Source of the DNA: a virus | IMG/VR virus record: IMGVR_UViG_3300032304_001168 | Reading direction: 5' to 3' (one strand) | DNA: 64,000 bases | Shown: piece after piece, positions 59,832 through 64,000 of the stretch | Position numbering within the stretch: the stretch's first letter is position 1 | How the letters are laid out: every line of letters starts with the position of its first letter | Program-made: the position numbers and the translations under genes | The notes under the pieces: model-generated | Databases searched by the model: none | What the model was told of the DNA's origin: nothing | The model's input: only the letters and a program-made list of their open reading frames with translations

Positions 59832-59863
59832 AAAAAAGAACCCCACCTTCAACAATGGGGTTC
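59832..59863 (-). terminator. intrinsic terminator after the SSB gene
   Basis: GAACCCCA..TGGGGTTC plus a T6 run on the minus strand. Confidence 0.7.
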
Positions 59864-59879
59864 ATGTTAGATAATAATT

Positions 59880-60725
59880 TTAGAAAGGTAAATCACCATC
59901 AGCATCAAAGTCAACCTGTGGGTCTTCATAAGATTTTTTACCACCAAAGGATACTTCACCAACCTCAGAGTTACCATATACATAACCACCTTTTTCACTA
60001 TCCCATTTAGGTGTTTCACCTCTCGCAATAGATTCTAGGTATTCTACAGGTTTTTTAGAATATACATCAGCCCAACCTAATTCATCGTTCACCCAACCAT
60101 CAGCAATTGATTTGTCTGTGTGAATTGGTGCTGGGTCATCATACATAATTGTTTGTATAACTGTGTATGTCGCGCCTTTTGGTGTTTTAGCTTTGGTCAT
60201 TTCAAGGATAATGTCTCTACCTTTTTCAGAGTCAGTCACATCACCTTTTGCACGGAAGATAGGAATTAGTTTGTCTAATATACCTTCGTTTTTATAGTTG
60301 TGTTTAAATCTCCAAAATTTTACACCATCTTGTTCGTTGTCACGATCAATTAATTTAACGATGTAAAATTTACGAGGTTTATATTGTTTGGCAAGTTCTT
60401 TGTCAGCCTCTTTACCAGTTGCCATTAGTTCTTCATGTACCTCAGAAAGCGGTGAACGTTCATTGTCGTTCTTTCCTGGGTCGTAGAACTTTTGCCATTT
60501 ACCATCAACTTGGATTTCGTGAAACCACACTTCTTTAAAAGGAGAAGTTCCATCGTTGGTTGGTAAAATTCTTAGTCTTTTTTGTCCTTGTTTTTCATTG
60601 TCTTTAAGAAGAGCTGCGAAGTATTTCTTCATTCTCTCATCTTGAGACATTTTGTTAGTGTTAGTACTTGATTTTTGTGATTGCTCGTACTGAGCCAAAA
60701 TCGCATCTAAGGGATTTGTCGCCAT
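59880..60725 (-). CDS. single-stranded DNA-binding protein (T4 gp32-like)
   Basis: RLRILP, WFH, GVKFWRF, GRDI; acidic tail DADGDLPF. Confidence 0.82.
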   Translation of the reverse strand: MATNPLDAILAQYEQSQKSSTNTNKMSQDERMKKYFAALLKDNEKQGQKRLRILPTNDGTSPFKEVWFHEIQVDGKWQKFYDPGKNDNERSPLSEVHEELMATGKEADKELAKQYKPRKFYIVKLIDRDNEQDGVKFWRFKHNYKNEGILDKLIPIFRAKGDVTDSEKGRDIILEMTKAKTPKGATYTVIQTIMYDDPAPIHTDKSIADGWVNDELGWADVYSKKPVEYLESIARGETPKWDSEKGGYVYGNSEVGEVSFGGKKSYEDPQVDFDADGDLPF

Positions 60726-60763
60726 GTTTTTTTAAATTTTTTGATTAGAAAATATTATACACA

Positions 60764-60792
60764 ATAATAAGTGTCAGCCGTGAGTTTGTCAA
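60764..60792 (-). promoter_or_regulatory. putative promoter TTGACA-N17-TATTAT for the SSB gene
   Basis: minus strand TTTGACAaactcacggctgacactTATTAT. Confidence 0.65.
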
Positions 60793-60800
60793 ATAAAGTT

Positions 60801-61502
60801 TTAATATAATTTTTTAAATCTAGACATATCAGTGTTTTGTGTCATTTCATCATCACCAAAATCTCTAAAACTTTTTTGTATTTCGTTTGGTGAATAACTT
60901 TCAACATCATCAGGGGTTATAATATATTGTTCTCTTCCTGATTTTTCAAAATCTTCTTCTTTGTCTTCAAAGAATTGACTTAATTTTTGATTAAAAGGAC
61001 CTGAATCCAATGTTCTTAATTCTAGTTTTTCTTCAGGACTCTTTGTTCTATATTTTTCAATTTTAGTTTCTAATGAATTTAATTTAGAAATTATTTCATC
61101 CATTGTACCTAATTTATTTTCCAAATCATTTAAATGACCAAAAAGAGTATCAAAATATTCTTCTTGTTTTTCTTCAACAGATTTTTGACTTTTAACTAAA
61201 TCAGTAACTTCAATTTCTTCTTTATTACCTTTGTCTTTTTCGTCTCCAATTTTTTCAACATCAGGATCGTTTTCAATATCAACTGGTGTTGGTTCAGTCG
61301 CTCCTGTTGGTGCTGCTGGTGGTGGTGCTCCTACACCTGGAGGTGGTGGGGGTAATTCTCCTCCTGGAGGTGGTGGGGGTAATTCTCCTCCTAGAGGTGG
61401 TAACTCTCCACCTGGAGGAGGTGGTAACTCTTGTTCAGTTATATAATTATTAATTTGATTATATCTCCTAATTTCTTCAATAATTTTTAAATCAATTTTC
61501 AT
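60801..61502 (-). CDS. Pro-rich acidic coiled-coil protein (possible head/scaffold-associated)
   Basis: (PPPPGGEL)n repeats, acidic linker, coiled coil. Confidence 0.7.
   Translation of the reverse strand: MKIDLKIIEEIRRYNQINNYITEQELPPPPGGELPPLGGELPPPPPGGELPPPPPGVGAPPPAAPTGATEPTPVDIENDPDVEKIGDEKDKGNKEEIEVTDLVKSQKSVEEKQEEYFDTLFGHLNDLENKLGTMDEIISKLNSLETKIEKYRTKSPEEKLELRTLDSGPFNQKLSQFFEDKEEDFEKSGREQYIITPDDVESYSPNEIQKSFRDFGDDEMTQNTDMSRFKKLY
61336..61430. repeat. tandem 24-30-bp repeats encoding ELPPPP(PP)GG
   Basis: CCTGGAGGTGGTGGGGGTAATTCTCCT twice plus variants. Confidence 0.8.
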
Positions 61503-61509
61503 TTTTAAA

Positions 61510-61734
61510 TTATCCGTTTAATAATTGTTTTATACCTGTTGTGGTTTCAACTTGAATTTTTTTGTTGGTTTTCAAAGTATTGTCAACTCTTTCAATTAAT
61601 CCATCTTTCATTCTTATAGTGTAACATTCACCTGTTTGTAAGTCACAAACTTGTTTAGTTCCATCACCCATATCTCTTTCAGTTGTTTGGGTTTGTCTAC
61701 CTAAGTAGTTTTCTAGTATATTTTTTACGCTCAT
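61510..61734 (-). CDS. hypothetical protein
   Basis: 74-aa ORF, VCDLQTGECY, upstream TATTTATA. Confidence 0.7.
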   Translation of the reverse strand: MSVKNILENYLGRQTQTTERDMGDGTKQVCDLQTGECYTIRMKDGLIERVDNTLKTNKKIQVETTTGIKQLLNG

Positions 61735-61776
61735 ATTTTTTGTTTTATTATAAATATTACAAATTAATAAAAAAAA

Positions 61777-64000
61777 TTATCTAATTGTTGTAGAACTATA
61801 TAAATTATATGCTTCAGTAACGACTTTAGTATAATCAGATAATGTACCATCTTGTACTAATTTATTATAATAAGTTTCACCTTCACTATTGTTATTGAAC
61901 CCATTAACAATGACAAATTTAGTTACAAAATTTATAATATCAGTTTTATTATTCCTTGATGGTAATGTTTTATAACCATCAAGTCTAGGTCTCCATCTTT
62001 CATTTAAGAAATTAACATTCTTAGTTAAATTTCCAAAAATTAAATAAGGTGTATTATTATTAGAACAATAAAATTTATTTTCCGTATATGGTGTTAAGTC
62101 TCCCCAATCACTATTTAATGCTAATCCAATAAAATTATATCCATATGCTTGTATTGTTGATTGTACGCTCCTACTTCCAATATAAAGTTTAGCAAATATA
62201 CAAATAGATAATAAATCTCTATTAGCTTTTAAATTTTCTGGGGTTGGTATTGATAATATTTCAGTAACTATTCTTGTAATTACATCTTGAACAGATACGG
62301 TACTTCTTGTTGGTGATTCATTTATGAACTTTTCATATCTACTAATAGTTGGTGTACAAGTTTGACTTCCATTAATTGTATTAGAATTTGTCGCCAATAA
62401 ACTTTGACCTTGAGTTGATAACCCTAAAATATTTGTAGGATTTTTGGCTGTATCAGCATCCTTTTCTTGAGTGATAACTTCATTAATTTTACTTATTAAA
62501 TTAGTTTTTAACGCTTGTAAATAATTATCAATTTTAGGTAATGATGCGGTTGGTTGTCTAATGCCTTTTATATCAGTAGAAAAATTACCATCACCAATTT
62601 GGTGGTTAACTTCTAATATCATATAAGGTCCACTAAACATTGGTACATTCCTCAAATTAAAATACATTGTTGGTTGGATTAACGCATTCCCTAACATACT
62701 AATATCACAAGAATAACTTCTGTTTTTATATAAATTATATAATGAAACATTTTGAGTTGACCCCCCTCGATTTCCACCTTGATTAGCCATCTGATTCAAA
62801 ATTTCTAAAGATTCTGCCGTAGCCAATCCCGAATTTTGTCCAACGCTAAATGATTTAAATACACCTTGATTTTGAGGTCCAATGTCAACATTGAATCCGA
62901 CAACTTTATTTGATTTATCCCAATCTTTTTTTCCTGTTAAATCTTCAATTAATGGATTATCACTAGCTCTTCTCAAATCAAATGCGTCATTTCTAAATCT
63001 ATAGTCAACATTTTTTATATCCAATTGTTCACTTGGTTTACCTCCATAAAAACAAACCATTTTAGCGGATGATTCTCGATAATCAACATTTAAAAATGTA
63101 CCAAATAATGTATTGGCAAAATCGACACTTCCATCAACTTTTGGTTTAGGATTTTTGGTAGCCTCTTGAACATTATAAAAATTAACATAAGAAGGTATGT
63201 TCATTACAACAAAATTGTTTTCAATTATTATTGTTTGAACAAATGATAACATATTCACTTTTGGTGAAATTGTTGTTAAGGTTTCTCTTAATTTAAAGAT
63301 ATCAATTAGTACTTTATCTCCAATATTTCTACTTGCTCGGTCTAATAAAAGAATATCTTCAAATAATGTTTTATTTTTAAAATCATTACCTGCAATCCAT
63401 TTATCATTTAATGCTTTAAATGATTCCCATAATTCAACTTTAGGTTGCGGTTCACTTGTTAATTCACTTGATTTAATAGGTTCTATCGTATTATTAACAT
63501 TTGGTAAATCTTTTTGTAATTTTGGTATTAATATGTCTAATATCTTACCTTGGAAATCCTCAACCCCATTTAAAAATGTTGTCATTCCATTTGAAAAAGC
63601 ATTGTATCCATTCTTATTCAATGAATTAGGTATTTGGTCATATGTTGGAGAGTCAACTTCCTCTAATCTAATAATAAATTGTGGGTCATTTGGATTGGTT
63701 GACGTACTACCGTAAACTCCAATAATAACTTCGTCAATTAATTTTTGAACATCATTAGGTGTACCAACAACATAAGAACCATCAAACAATATTAATCCTT
63801 CAACATTTTTATATATCGTTTTTAATTTATTACCTAAACTTAGTACTGAAATTGTATAATAGTTTTTAAGTAAAGCAATCGCAATTGTAGTTGGAGGTGT
63901 ACTTGGTATAGGTGTTGGTGGACTAATAACATTACTCTGAAATTGATTTAATTTTTGAGTAGCATACATCTTTATAATCTTAGCAAATTGTTGAATATTC
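61777..64000 (-). CDS. partial large baseplate hub/tail protein (5' end beyond the window)
   Basis: frame open to the right edge; CDISMLGNALIQP..FSGPYMILEVNHQI resembles gp27/GPD-type hub C-terminal motif. Confidence 0.6.
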   Translation of the reverse strand, partial: NIQQFAKIIKMYATQKLNQFQSNVISPPTPIPSTPPTTIAIALLKNYYTISVLSLGNKLKTIYKNVEGLILFDGSYVVGTPNDVQKLIDEVIIGVYGSTSTNPNDPQFIIRLEEVDSPTYDQIPNSLNKNGYNAFSNGMTTFLNGVEDFQGKILDILIPKLQKDLPNVNNTIEPIKSSELTSEPQPKVELWESFKALNDKWIAGNDFKNKTLFEDILLLDRASRNIGDKVLIDIFKLRETLTTISPKVNMLSFVQTIIIENNFVVMNIPSYVNFYNVQEATKNPKPKVDGSVDFANTLFGTFLNVDYRESSAKMVCFYGGKPSEQLDIKNVDYRFRNDAFDLRRASDNPLIEDLTGKKDWDKSNKVVGFNVDIGPQNQGVFKSFSVGQNSGLATAESLEILNQMANQGGNRGGSTQNVSLYNLYKNRSYSCDISMLGNALIQPTMYFNLRNVPMFSGPYMILEVNHQIGDGNFSTDIKGIRQPTASLPKIDNYLQALKTNLISKINEVITQEKDADTAKNPTNILGLSTQGQSLLATNSNTINGSQTCTPTISRYEKFINESPTRSTVSVQDVITRIVTEILSIPTPENLKANRDLLSICIFAKLYIGSRSVQSTIQAYGYNFIGLALNSDWGDLTPYTENKFYCSNNNTPYLIFGNLTKNVNFLNERWRPRLDGYKTLPSRNNKTDIINFVTKFVIVNGFNNNSEGETYYNKLVQDGTLSDYTKVVTEAYNLYSSTTIR

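Noticed and set aside
125-63715. Short opposite-strand ORFs in the track (e.g. 6019-6345, 12719-13111, 16789-17142, 34705-35181, 61231-61446)
   Set aside because: They lie antisense to or out of frame within better-supported genes, show Phe/Ser/Ile-rich shadow composition and have no motifs.
1-64000. Stop-codon reassignment as in some large phages
   Set aside because: Conserved genes (nrdA, nrdB, thyA, helicase, gp6) are full length in code 11, and TAA, TAG and TGA all occur as real stops.
1-64000. tRNA/rRNA genes or an integrase for the cassette arrays
   Set aside because: No cloverleaf or rRNA-like segment was recognised in the short intergenic gaps, and no ORF shows tyrosine-recombinase R-H-R-Y motifs. 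A recombinase would have to lie outside the window or come from the host.

Overview
AT-rich (roughly 25-30% GC by eye) 64-kb segment of a large T4-like myovirus (jumbo phage), probably infecting Bacteroidota (TTTG-N20-TAnnTTTG promoters, SprB-like repeats). Standard genetic code fits. Layout: (1) 1-21 kb, minus-strand recombination/nucleotide-metabolism/accessory region with Rad50/gp46-like ATPase, ThyA, three DNA methyltransferases, homing endonucleases, an Mre11/gp47-like gene split in two by a homing endonuclease, a PD-(D/E)XK nuclease and primase; (2) 21-32 kb, plus-strand Cys/Thr/Pro-rich virion/fibre genes, a DxD glycosyltransferase and RuvC; (3) 32-50 kb, minus-strand baseplate/tail genes (gp6- and gp25-like); (4) 50-64 kb, nrdA/nrdB, helicase, 5'-3' exonuclease, a fourth methyltransferase, homing endonuclease, RecA/UvsX, gp32-like SSB and a partial hub-like gene. 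The most striking signal is an integron-like gene-cassette system inside the phage: at 15.2-18.0 kb (7 sites) and 2.6-3.2 kb (1 site), attC-like hairpins (TAAC-A..arm-loop-arm..(A/C)C-GTTA) alternate with small genes. Each gene is bracketed by its own 10-26 bp inverted repeat GTTA...TAAC. Some loops carry a host-type promoter or the 5' half of an ORF, and one cassette carries the phage's own TATTTATA motif. No integrase is in the window. The larger array sits in a tandem two-allele junction between the Dam-like methyltransferase and mre11.
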